Made by a program: the position numbers and the translations under genes | In this document: positions 1 through 8,299 of the stretch, piece by piece | How positions within the stretch are numbered: position 1 is the stretch's first letter | Layout: each line of letters opens with the position of its first letter | Sequence record: MW367898.1 | Strand: one strand, 5' to 3' | DNA length: 24,000 nt | Source of the DNA: Proteus phage SJ_PmiM | Notes under the pieces: generated by a model | Database searches by the model: none | Seen by the model: the letters and a program-made list of their open reading frames with translations, nothing else | Told to the model about the DNA's origin: nothing

Positions 1-1
1 T

Positions 2-163
2 GTCTTTACTTCATATAACGGTTCTGTACAATCTTCTATCAAAAAACCTACATGGGAACCTGAAAATAAAAAATGGTCTTTAGATGCGTCATTAAGTAAT
101 GATGTATTATGTACTGGTGTTTGTGTTAATCATCCAGAAAAAACTTTAAAATATTTTGAATAA
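2..163 (+). CDS. C-terminal fragment of an unidentified ORF truncated by the window edge (...TWEPENKKWSLDASLSNDVLCTGVCVNHPEKTLKYFE*)
   Basis: Open frame from base 2 to TAA 161-163, closely followed by the gene 56 start. Confidence 0.55.
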   Translation, partial: VFTSYNGSVQSSIKKPTWEPENKKWSLDASLSNDVLCTGVCVNHPEKTLKYFE

Positions 164-172
164 GGAATAAAA

Positions 173-697
173 ATGGCCCATTTTAACGTATGTTCATCAT
201 TAGTAGACGAATCATCATTATCAAAAGCTCGTGAAGCATATTCTAATATTATTAATTCAGGTCATGACCCATTACAAGTAATGCTTGATATGCAGAAATC
301 CTTACAAGTCTTTTTAGCAAAAACCAAGCCGTTTAATAACCAATCGCCTGATGAATTAAAAACATGTGGTGATATCCTTAAATGGATGCGTAGTCAAGAT
401 GATTATTTAGATGATGAAACCCGCGAGTTGTACACTTCTTTAGGTGGAATGTCTAATGGCGATAAAGATGCTTCTGCCGTATGGAAACCATGGAAAGCCC
501 GTCATGAAGAAATGACAAATAAGCCGTTTTCTGAGTTGTCAGAATCAGATCAATTAGAAGTTAAATTCGAACTTATTGACCAGGTCCATTTCTTTATGAA
601 TAAACTTATTGGTCTTGGTATGACTTCTGAAGAAATTTTTGTTCTGTATTACTTAAAAAATGCAGAAAACTTTGATCGTCAAGAACGAGGATATTAA
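173..697 (+). CDS. 56: dCTP pyrophosphatase (dCTPase/dUTPase), T4 gp56 family
   Basis: MAHFNVC...DPLQVMLDMQKSLQ...DDYLDDETRELYTSLGGMSNGDKDASAVWKPW...FELIDQVHFFMNKLIGLGM..EEIF.LYYLKN.ENFDRQERGY is near-identical to recalled T4 gp56. Confidence 0.96.
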   Translation: MAHFNVCSSLVDESSLSKAREAYSNIINSGHDPLQVMLDMQKSLQVFLAKTKPFNNQSPDELKTCGDILKWMRSQDDYLDDETRELYTSLGGMSNGDKDASAVWKPWKARHEEMTNKPFSELSESDQLEVKFELIDQVHFFMNKLIGLGMTSEEIFVLYYLKNAENFDRQERGY

Positions 698-891
698 TGT
701 TAACACTATTTCAAATGTCTAAAATTCTCAATAAACTGGGCTATCCTGTTAGCCCTTCTATGAGTACAGAAGACCAATTGAGAATTGTTGATTCTATTCT
801 TCCTATCTATCCAGAAAGCATTAAAAAGCATCATAAAAAAGAAGTGTCTATTACATATTCTGTTAATGGAAAAATAGTTTACATTAACTAG
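697..891 (+). CDS. small hypothetical protein, start overlaps gene 56 stop (TAATG)
   Basis: ORF of 64 aa with translationally coupled start. Confidence 0.6.
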   Translation: MLTLFQMSKILNKLGYPVSPSMSTEDQLRIVDSILPIYPESIKKHHKKEVSITYSVNGKIVYIN

Positions 892-920
892 TTTACAAAC
901 CTCCTAGAATGTTGTATATT
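892..920 (+). promoter_or_regulatory. sigma70-type early promoter TTTACA-N17-TATATT
   Basis: -35 TTTACA 892-897, 17 nt spacer, -10 TATATT 915-920. Confidence 0.65.
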
Positions 921-944
921 GTCTCTCAATTATTCTAGGAGGTT
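898..944 (+). promoter_or_regulatory. SD-sequestering hairpin: 13-bp perfect inverted repeat upstream of ORF 948
   Basis: AACCTCCTAGAAT (898-910) is the exact reverse complement of ATTCTAGGAGGTT (932-944). The 3' arm contains the AGGAGG Shine-Dalgarno for ATG 948. Confidence 0.8.
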
Positions 945-947
945 AAC

Positions 948-1607
948 ATGCAAATTGAAGATGTAATTAAAAAATATACCCAGATCCGCAAATCCGCTAA
1001 ATCAAGAAATAAAGAATTTAATTTGACTTTAAGATATGTTAAAAACATTTGCGAACAAACAAAGTGTGCATATTCTGGCGAAGCTATGGAAATGCCTAAA
1101 GATGTAAGAGATCTTGAAGGTATATCTTTTGAACGTTTTGATAATTCTAAAGGGTATATTAAAGGTAATGTAATTCCAGTTAAAGGAACTTATAATTGTT
1201 ATAAAAGTTCTATGACATTAGAAGATATTAAAAAGAAAATTGAATATGTAAATAAGGAGAAAACTGAAGCAATTTCATCCATAACAAAGTTTAAGACTAA
1301 ACTTATCAACAATAAGAGAAACCTCAGCCAACACCCTAATAATAAAAATCTAAGAAAAAATGTTATGCGCCGAGAAAAGGCTCTTAAAAACTTAGAAGAA
1401 GAGCATGAAAGATGTATACAAAAGAAAGACAGAAGTCTTAGAATTTTAAATGTTCTTTATAAAGCAGAAGAACGATTTAATAAGCTATCTAAGTATGATA
1501 AGTTAAAATTATATTTAGGTATTTCATTAGATTCTTCTTATAAAAGAGTAGGAAAAGAGCTTTATGTATTATTATGCGATAGTCTACAAAGACGTAGCAG
1601 GATTTGA
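948..1607 (+). CDS. HNH-like endonuclease-domain protein (possible free-standing homing endonuclease)
   Basis: CAYSGE...ISFERFDNSKGYIKGNVIPVKGTYNCYKS resembles the HNH beta-beta-alpha core ('sldRidnskGYvkgNv..v...N..K'). Strong SD TAGGAGG. Confidence 0.6.
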   Translation: MQIEDVIKKYTQIRKSAKSRNKEFNLTLRYVKNICEQTKCAYSGEAMEMPKDVRDLEGISFERFDNSKGYIKGNVIPVKGTYNCYKSSMTLEDIKKKIEYVNKEKTEAISSITKFKTKLINNKRNLSQHPNNKNLRKNVMRREKALKNLEEEHERCIQKKDRSLRILNVLYKAEERFNKLSKYDKLKLYLGISLDSSYKRVGKELYVLLCDSLQRRSRI

Positions 1608-1857
1608 TATATTATGTCAGAATCCTGACACACAAGCTTTAATGATATATAAAACAAAAGGTCTCTGCAATGAGGCCTTTAATCGTTTTAAAGAATATAT
1701 TATTAATGAGCTTAAACCTAAATACAAAATACAATATAAAAGATTTCTCTGGTTTAAACGAGAGGAAAAAACACTAATCCATAAACCAGAATATTTGACG
1801 ACACTCCAAAAAAGGATGTTAGATACACTTTATATAAAAAAGGTGAAAATAGTATGA
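1564..1857 (+). CDS. hypothetical protein
   Basis: ORF of 97 aa overlapping the end of ORF 948 and the start of dda. Confidence 0.5.
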   Translation: MYYYAIVYKDVAGFDILCQNPDTQALMIYKTKGLCNEAFNRFKEYIINELKPKYKIQYKRFLWFKREEKTLIHKPEYLTTLQKRMLDTLYIKKVKIV

Positions 1858-3176
1858 TTGAATTTGATGACCTGACTAAAGGTCAGAAAGAAGCTTATGA
1901 GTGTGCAACAGATTTAATTGTTCAAGCGTACAAACAAGAATCAAACTGGAAAACTAAAACAACCCATCTAACAATTAACGGCCCTGCTGGTACCGGTAAG
2001 AGTTTGTTAATGAAGTTTATTATGGATTTTATCGAAAAAGAAGGAATCCCAGGTGTTGTTTTGGCAGCTCCAACCCATGCTTCTAAAAAGGTACTAGCAA
2101 ATTTTACTGGACGCGAAGTATCAACAATCCACAGTATTTTAAAAATAAATCCTGTCACATATGAAGAGCATCGTATTTTTGAACAAAGGCAAGCTCCTGA
2201 ATTAGATAAAATTCGTGTATTAATCTGTGAAGAAGCTTCATTCTACGATACAAAGCTTTTCGAGCTTTTAATGAATAACATTATGCCATGGACTATTGTT
2301 ATTGCTATCGGAGATAAAGCTCAGTTAAAACCTCAAGATGACCCAGGTGTATCTAGATTTTTTACAGATCAGCGTTTTAAACAAATGCATCTAACTGAAG
2401 TAAAGCGTTCAAATCAACCAATTATTGAAGTTGCTACAGAAATTAGAGAAGGTGGATGGATTAGAGAAAACATTATTGATGGCGAAGGTATTTTTCATCC
2501 ACCTTCTTTACGTGATATGATGATAGATTATTTTAAGCAAATAAAAACAGAAGAAGATTTCTTTGATAATAGATTTTTTGCTTATACAAATAAATCAGTA
2601 GATAAATTAAACCAAATCATTCGTAAAAACTTTTACAAAAAAGATGACCCATTCATTATCGGTGAAGCCTTAGTTATGCAAGAACCATATATGCAAACCA
2701 TAAAGTTTGAAGGTAAAAAGATGAAAGAAATCATCTTTAATAATGGTGAAGTTGTAGAGGTTCTAGAAGTAAAAGAAATGACAAGAAGACTTCAATGCCG
2801 TGGGGTTGATTTTAAAATTGACCTGCCATACTTTCTTTTAAAAGTTCAGTCTATTGATGAAGGAACAACTAATTATCTTAATGTTGTTTATGGTGAAGAA
2901 AATCAAACTCTGCTTTGGATGTTTTTAGGTAAAGTTGCACAGCAATATAAATCAGGAAATGGACGTGCTTATTGGGATGATTTCTGGGAAATTAAAGATG
3001 CTTTCACAAAAGTAAAACCTATTCCGTGTAGTACAATTCATAAGGCACAAGGTGTAACAGTAAAAAATAGTTTTCTTTATACACCTTGTATTATAAAATA
3101 TGCAGAAGTTGACGTTGCTTCACAGTTATTATATGTCGGAACAACTCGTGCTCAGAAAAACGTGTGGTATATATGA
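1854..3176 (+). CDS. dda: Dda-like SF1B DNA helicase
   Basis: FDDLTKGQKEA, Walker A NGPAGTGKS, LAAPTHASKKVL, STIHSILKINPVTYEE, EVKRSNQPIIEVAT, STIHKAQGVTV, QLLYVGTTRA; close match to T4 Dda. Confidence 0.97.
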   Translation: MIEFDDLTKGQKEAYECATDLIVQAYKQESNWKTKTTHLTINGPAGTGKSLLMKFIMDFIEKEGIPGVVLAAPTHASKKVLANFTGREVSTIHSILKINPVTYEEHRIFEQRQAPELDKIRVLICEEASFYDTKLFELLMNNIMPWTIVIAIGDKAQLKPQDDPGVSRFFTDQRFKQMHLTEVKRSNQPIIEVATEIREGGWIRENIIDGEGIFHPPSLRDMMIDYFKQIKTEEDFFDNRFFAYTNKSVDKLNQIIRKNFYKKDDPFIIGEALVMQEPYMQTIKFEGKKMKEIIFNNGEVVEVLEVKEMTRRLQCRGVDFKIDLPYFLLKVQSIDEGTTNYLNVVYGEENQTLLWMFLGKVAQQYKSGNGRAYWDDFWEIKDAFTKVKPIPCSTIHKAQGVTVKNSFLYTPCIIKYAEVDVASQLLYVGTTRAQKNVWYI

Positions 3177-3850
3177 TTGATTTTGTATTTGACTTAGAAA
3201 CATTTGGTAATCAGCCGGATTCGGCTGTCATCGATTTATCTATTATTACTTTTAATCCAGACCCTAATGTAGTAGAATCTTTTGAAGATCTTGTTAAACG
3301 TGGGTTGCGTATTAAGTTTGATTTAAATTCACAAAAAGGTAAAAGAGTATTCTATAAATCTACGGTAGAATGGTGGAAACAACAAGAACCTGAAGCTAAA
3401 AAGAATCTTGCTAGAACACCACAGGACGTTACGATTAATGAAGGTCTAGATATATTAAAGAATTATTTAGATGCCCAAGGAATTGATTTCTGGAAATCTC
3501 AAGGATATAGTCGTGGTATGTCATTTGACTTTCCTATTTTAAAACATATGATAACTCAACGTGAATTAGAATCCGGAATAGCTTTAGAAGACCTAGACAC
3601 ATTTAAAAAAGAGTTTATTGCTTTCTGGAACCAGAACGATACAAGGACTTCTATTAGAAAACTTTTATTAGACAGAGACATGACTATATGTCCTATTCGT
3701 AAAGGTGTTTTAAATGGGTTTGTTTTACATGACTCTATTCATGACTGTGCTAAAGACATTATTATGCTTAAAACAGCAGAACGATATGCTTTAGGACTAG
3801 AAGAAGTTCCTGAAGAAAAAGATATAGATCCGGTGTCCATCAAAAAATAA
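3173..3850 (+). CDS. dexA: DexA-like 3'-5' exonuclease A (start moved from track 3164 to ATG 3173)
   Basis: IDFVFDLETFG...AVIDLSIITFNP, RIKFDLNSQKGKR.F.KSTVEWWKQQ.PEA, GYSRGMSFDFPIL, HDSIHDCAKDI match T4 DexA. Confidence 0.95.
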   Translation: MIDFVFDLETFGNQPDSAVIDLSIITFNPDPNVVESFEDLVKRGLRIKFDLNSQKGKRVFYKSTVEWWKQQEPEAKKNLARTPQDVTINEGLDILKNYLDAQGIDFWKSQGYSRGMSFDFPILKHMITQRELESGIALEDLDTFKKEFIAFWNQNDTRTSIRKLLLDRDMTICPIRKGVLNGFVLHDSIHDCAKDIIMLKTAERYALGLEEVPEEKDIDPVSIKK

Positions 3851-3865
3851 TTTTTAAAAAGTGAA

Positions 3866-3893
3866 AAAAGAGGTTTACAAGACCTCTTTTATT
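3866..3893 (+). terminator. hairpin/terminator AAAAGAGGT-TTACAAG-ACCTCTTTTA overlapping the next promoter's -35
   Basis: 9-bp perfect stem 3866-3874/3882-3890 ending in T-run. Confidence 0.65.
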
Positions 3894-3902
3894 TTGTATT
3901 AT
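3874..3902 (+). promoter_or_regulatory. sigma70-type early promoter TTTACA-N17-TATTAT
   Basis: -35 3874-3879, -10 3897-3902, upstream of ORF 3945. Confidence 0.8.
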
Positions 3903-3944
3903 ATTTACATCAAAACGAAACAAAACAAATAATGGGAGTTTATA

Positions 3945-4160
3945 ATGGAACAAGTAATTACACGTGATGAATTTGAAGATGTTTTATTTTCAAACACTTT
4001 AACTGTTGTTCAAAAAGATGCTGAAGTTCCTCATATGGTTCATCTGACGAATTTATATGTTATTGAAAATAATGAAGCTGTTGCTGTTTATAAACGTGTT
4101 ATCAGTTCTTGTGGTAGTACTGCTAAAACTGAATTTTTCTTTGAAAATTTAAAAGGATAA
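3945..4160 (+). CDS. small hypothetical early protein
   Basis: ORF of 71 aa directly behind an early promoter, SD GGGAG. Confidence 0.65.
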   Translation: MEQVITRDEFEDVLFSNTLTVVQKDAEVPHMVHLTNLYVIENNEAVAVYKRVISSCGSTAKTEFFFENLKG

Positions 4161-4164
4161 TATT

Positions 4165-5106
4165 ATGATTAGTAAAGGTTCTATCTATACATTAAACCTG
4201 GCTTCTTTAAACCAAGTCAGTGCATTTTATAGAATCATGGAAGACCATGGAATTAGTCTTTTTGATAACATGGAAGTCCAAATTTTAGATGTGATCGTTT
4301 CCAACACAATGCAATATTATGGTGCGTCTAAAATTTTAATCAATAATCAAATTGTTGAATTATCAAATGATGACTCATTCTGGTGTGTTTTAGGTGAACA
4401 AACTCTAGATGAATCATTTACTCGTCAACCTATGTTTAAAGAAGGTCGTTCGTATAAATTGAATAAATTCTGGCCTGTAACAGAAGAGCATAAACGAATT
4501 TATCCTATTTACAAATTTTTAAGTAATTCTGATAGATCCACTGTCACAGTTTTAGAAACAGATACTTTCGATAATCCAACTTCAGTATCTATTGATGGGA
4601 ATATTTACACTAATTTAGGTGAACACTTTTGGTCTTTTGCATGTTTAGGTGGACTTGGATATAGTGATTATGATTTTAGAGAACAAGAATTTTTTGAATT
4701 GACTGGTATTCAAATTGTCCAATATGACCAAACACCGACAATTGTCTTCAAAGAACATACACTAAAAGAACCTGATTTTGATTGCGAGCCCATTTTGGAT
4801 ATCAGCCCTACAGTCAAAATGTGTATTAAAGCTCCTGAACGCAATTTAGGACTTGTTTTTGCTCATTTAACAGAAGAAATTGGCGAATATTCTAAAGCTA
4901 CATTTAGACAAGATGAAGTTGATGAATGTGCAACTGGAGAAGCAGCAGATGTTATCAATTGTTTAATCGATACATTATGGCTTAATTATCGTAATAAACA
5001 AGAATTTGAACTTGTCAATGACAAAGACCTAATGTGTATTGTCATTGATGATTTAAACGAACAAATTAAAACTAAATCCGCCAAATGGGCTAAGGCTGTG
5101 TTATGA
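4165..5106 (+). CDS. unknown N-terminal region fused to a MazG-like/all-alpha NTP pyrophosphohydrolase-like C-terminal domain
   Basis: C-term LGLVFAHLTEEIGEYSKA...EAADVINCLIDTLWLNYR resembles EExxE...ExaDvxn signatures of the all-alpha NTP-PPase family. Confidence 0.6.
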   Translation: MISKGSIYTLNLASLNQVSAFYRIMEDHGISLFDNMEVQILDVIVSNTMQYYGASKILINNQIVELSNDDSFWCVLGEQTLDESFTRQPMFKEGRSYKLNKFWPVTEEHKRIYPIYKFLSNSDRSTVTVLETDTFDNPTSVSIDGNIYTNLGEHFWSFACLGGLGYSDYDFREQEFFELTGIQIVQYDQTPTIVFKEHTLKEPDFDCEPILDISPTVKMCIKAPERNLGLVFAHLTEEIGEYSKATFRQDEVDECATGEAADVINCLIDTLWLNYRNKQEFELVNDKDLMCIVIDDLNEQIKTKSAKWAKAVL

Positions 5107-5543
5107 GCAAATTTATCAAATCATTAGGTAGATTTAAATTTAAATCACCAGCTCATATTAAAGATTATTTAGATGACGAACCTTATAACACATCAAGACG
5201 TGAATTTGCTAAGTTTCTATATAAACATAATTTAGAACGTCAAGTTTTTAATATTAATGTTACTGAAGACCAATCCACATTTTGGTATGATTTAGAAATT
5301 GTGTTTGCTAATGGGCTTGTATTTACAGATGAAGGCCAAGAATTTTATATATTTAAAGTCAATGTTAATGATGATAATGGTATATTAAAGACATACAATT
5401 TAGAATTTATTGCAGTTATAGAAGACACTGATCAATCAAGATCTGGCTTAAATTCTAAAGAATTTGTAATTAATAAAACAATTAGCAATAAATCTGAAGC
5501 AAAGGCATTAATCAATGAATTATTAGAATACTTGGAATCTTAA
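5103..5543 (+). CDS. hypothetical protein, member 1 of a possible tandem paralog family
   Basis: ORF of 146 aa; architecture resembles the next ORF: F+FKS/N..., S+R+FA.F, ...SKxExxxxxNELLExL. Confidence 0.6.
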   Translation: MSKFIKSLGRFKFKSPAHIKDYLDDEPYNTSRREFAKFLYKHNLERQVFNINVTEDQSTFWYDLEIVFANGLVFTDEGQEFYIFKVNVNDDNGILKTYNLEFIAVIEDTDQSRSGLNSKEFVINKTISNKSEAKALINELLEYLES

Positions 5544-5545
5544 TT

Positions 5546-5950
5546 ATGGAACAGTACTTAGGACGTTTAGTATTTAAAAACCATGTAGATGTATTAGAAT
5601 ATGGACGGTTTTCTACATCAAAACGTGATTTTGCAATTTTTGTTATAACTAAAAACTTGCAAAAGGTTCCATTTTCTGTATATTTCGACAACACAGAAAC
5701 TACATCTGTTAAATGTGTATTTGATACAGGTGAAGAATTTTCTGATAAGAATTATGGCTCTTACATTATTCCGATCAGTCCTAGTTTATTAACATTTAAA
5801 TACAATAATATTGAATTTATCTTTTTTGATATTATTGATAATAATACTAAGAAAGAACCACGTTATATGGTAGATATCCCTGCTAAAACTTTAAATTCTA
5901 AAGAAGAATTGGTTTGTTTTGTTAATGAATTATTAGAACATCTTAAGTGA
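5546..5950 (+). CDS. hypothetical protein, member 2 of a possible tandem paralog family
   Basis: LGRLVFKNHVDVLEY..FSTSKRDFAIFV...LNSKEELVCFVNELLEHLK vs member 1 LGRFKFKSPAHIKDYL...NTSRREFAKFL...SNKSEAKALINELLEYLES. Confidence 0.6.
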   Translation: MEQYLGRLVFKNHVDVLEYGRFSTSKRDFAIFVITKNLQKVPFSVYFDNTETTSVKCVFDTGEEFSDKNYGSYIIPISPSLLTFKYNNIEFIFFDIIDNNTKKEPRYMVDIPAKTLNSKEELVCFVNELLEHLK

Positions 5951-5956
5951 GATTAA

Positions 5957-6367
5957 ATGAAAAAGTATATTTTTAAATCAAAAGAAGCATTTGATAAATT
6001 TATTTTTGATAATGGCACCAAATGGACCAAAGACTTTGAAGAATTTGTTTTAGAAAATAAATTGGTTGAAATCCCGTTCTTTTATTCTAAAAACAGAAAT
6101 AATTGTAACGAGATAATTAAATTCTTTAATGGGCTTGAATACGATACAAGCAATCTTCCATTGTATATCTTTGTAGAAAAAGATTTAGCCCAGTATTGTA
6201 ACGAAATTGATTCTACGCCGGATGCCCCGATTGCTGTGATGCCTTTAGAACCACCAACAGGTAAAGTGTTTAATTTAAATCCTAATTCAGTTAAATTAAA
6301 TTTAGAAGTTACTACAAAAGAACAAGCCGAAGCAGTATGTAAATTGCTTGATGTATTTTTTGAATAA
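5957..6367 (+). CDS. hypothetical protein, member 3 (more diverged) of a possible tandem paralog family
   Basis: KKYIFKSKEAFDKFIF...WTKDFEEFVLENKLVEIPFFYS...TTKEQAEAVCKLLDVFFE. Confidence 0.55.
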   Translation: MKKYIFKSKEAFDKFIFDNGTKWTKDFEEFVLENKLVEIPFFYSKNRNNCNEIIKFFNGLEYDTSNLPLYIFVEKDLAQYCNEIDSTPDAPIAVMPLEPPTGKVFNLNPNSVKLNLEVTTKEQAEAVCKLLDVFFE

Positions 6368-6390
6368 AAAAGGGACTTCGGTCCTTTTTA
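6366..6390 (+). terminator. Rho-independent terminator, AAAAAAGGGAC-TTCG-GTCCTTTTTA
   Basis: GGAC/GTCC stem extended by A:T pairs, UUCG loop, T-run. Confidence 0.8.
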
Positions 6391-6400
6391 TGGAGCTTAT

Positions 6401-6739
6401 ATGTGGGTACAAGCAGAAACACTAAATAGTGATCAATTATATAGATTGAATCCCGAATATAAAGAACAATGGGCCCTTTTAGATAAGTATCGATGGATGT
6501 TAGATAGTAGGCCTTTTAGAATTACACGTGTTTATAGAAAACGTGTTAAAGTATGGGACCCAAACCCAAAATTAATAGGGGACCTTCTTAAGCATGAAGA
6601 ATTCGCATTAAGAGATATTAAAGATTTTTCTGCTTATATGTATGAAGAAGATTTAAAATATTTAGAAGTGGCAATTCCTCCTTATTCAAATGAAGAACAT
6701 AATGCTTTTGTCTTTATTTTTGATAAAATGCCTTCTTAA
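6401..6739 (+). CDS. hypothetical protein
   Basis: ORF of 112 aa between terminator and gene 39. Confidence 0.6.
   Translation: MWVQAETLNSDQLYRLNPEYKEQWALLDKYRWMLDSRPFRITRVYRKRVKVWDPNPKLIGDLLKHEEFALRDIKDFSAYMYEEDLKYLEVAIPPYSNEEHNAFVFIFDKMPS
6701..6727 (+). promoter_or_regulatory. candidate MotA-dependent middle promoter upstream of gene 39
   Basis: AATGCTTTT (6701-6709) resembles a MotA box, 12 nt before GATAAA (6722-6727); a MotA homolog is encoded in the window. Confidence 0.3.
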
Positions 6740-6754
6740 TTTAAAGGAGATATA

Positions 6755-8299
6755 ATGAGTAACCACGAAATTAAAATTTTAAGTGACCGTGAACACATTA
6801 TTAAACGTTCTGGTATGTATATTGGCTCTTCTGCTTCTGAAAATATTGAGCAATTTATTTTTGGTGAATATAAAACCATAAAGTATGTTCCCGGTATTGT
6901 AAAAATTATTGATGAAATTATTGACAATTCAGTTGACGAAGCTATTAGAACTGAATTTAAATTTGCTAATAAAATTGAAGTCACTATTGAAAATGATACA
7001 GTAACAGTTAAAGACAACGGTCGTGGATTACCTCAATCAATGGTTATTACACCTGAAGGTGAAGAAATCCCGGGACCTGTTGCTGCGTGGACACGTCCAA
7101 GAGCAGGTGGTAACTTTGGAGATGACTCAAAACGTAAAACAGGTGGTATGAACGGCGTAGGTTCTGCACTTACAAATATCTTTTCTACATTGTTTGTTGG
7201 CGTTACGTCTGACGGTAAAAATGAAATCACAGTTAACTGTACTGATGGTGCTGAAAATATTTCTTGGAAATCTAAAAAATCTACATACAAAGGAACCGAA
7301 GTAAAATTTGTTCCAGATTTTGAACATTTTGAAGATACTAATTTATCTGATATCTATAAAGATATTACATTAGACCGTTTAATGACCATGTCAGTTGTTT
7401 TTCCTGATATAGAATTCAAATTTAATGGTAAAAAGGTTGTAGGGAACTTCAAGAAGTACTCAAAACAATTTGATGAAGATTCTATTATCTATGACCAAAA
7501 AAATTGTTCTATCGCCATAGGACGATCTCCTGATGGGTTCCGTCATATTTCTTATGTCAATAATATTCATACTAAGAAAGGTGGTTCTCATATCGATTGG
7601 TTTATGGATGAGTTCTGTACCGAATTAATCCCTATGATTAAACGTAAGTTTAAAATTGATGTAACAAAAGCAAGAATTAAAGAATGTTTAACATTATTGT
7701 TATTTGTTCGTGATATGTCTGATTTAAAATTTGATGGACAGACCAAAGAACGTTTATCAAATACATGGGGTGAAGTCAAGAACCACATGGATATTGATGT
7801 TAAAAAACTAGCAAATCAATTAATGAAAGCAGAATCGGTATTAATGCCTATTATTGAAGCTGTTTTAGCCCGTAAATTAGCGGCAGAACAAGCTGCAGCC
7901 ACGAAAGCAGCTAAAAAAGCAGCAAAAGCTAAAGTAGCAAAACATATTAAAGCAAACTTTTATGGAAAACCAGGTAAAGGAACAACATTGTTTTTAACAG
8001 AAGGAGATTCTGCATTAAATGAATTATTGTCTTCTCGTATTCAAGATACTCAAGGTGGTTATCCTTTAAGAGGTAAATTCTTAAATACATGGGGTATGAA
8101 AGATGTTGATATAATGAAGAGTAAAGAAGCTTTTGATATAATGGCTATTACAGGATTAACACTAGGTGAATCTCCATTTGAATACGCTAAAGATGGACAA
8201 TGGTTTAAAACCATTATAGATGGTAAAGAAGTTATAGTTAATGAAAATGACGAAATTCTAATAAAAGGAACTTGGGTTAAAGTTAGTGAATTACTCTAA
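6755..8299 (+). CDS. 39: DNA topoisomerase II large subunit, N-terminal part (GHKL ATPase plus first half of Toprim)
   Basis: SDREHIIKRSGMYIGS, EIIDNSVDEAIRTEF, DNGRGLPQ, GGMNGVGSALTNIFS, Toprim LFLTEGDSALNEL; 514 aa, ends before the Toprim DxD motif. Confidence 0.96.
   Translation: MSNHEIKILSDREHIIKRSGMYIGSSASENIEQFIFGEYKTIKYVPGIVKIIDEIIDNSVDEAIRTEFKFANKIEVTIENDTVTVKDNGRGLPQSMVITPEGEEIPGPVAAWTRPRAGGNFGDDSKRKTGGMNGVGSALTNIFSTLFVGVTSDGKNEITVNCTDGAENISWKSKKSTYKGTEVKFVPDFEHFEDTNLSDIYKDITLDRLMTMSVVFPDIEFKFNGKKVVGNFKKYSKQFDEDSIIYDQKNCSIAIGRSPDGFRHISYVNNIHTKKGGSHIDWFMDEFCTELIPMIKRKFKIDVTKARIKECLTLLLFVRDMSDLKFDGQTKERLSNTWGEVKNHMDIDVKKLANQLMKAESVLMPIIEAVLARKLAAEQAAATKAAKKAAKAKVAKHIKANFYGKPGKGTTLFLTEGDSALNELLSSRIQDTQGGYPLRGKFLNTWGMKDVDIMKSKEAFDIMAITGLTLGESPFEYAKDGQWFKTIIDGKEVIVNENDEILIKGTWVKVSELL

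Noticed and set aside
7033-7788. Minus-strand ORFs 7033-7290, 7127-7327, 7588-7788
   Set aside because: Antisense to gene 39, an artefact of AT-rich coding composition
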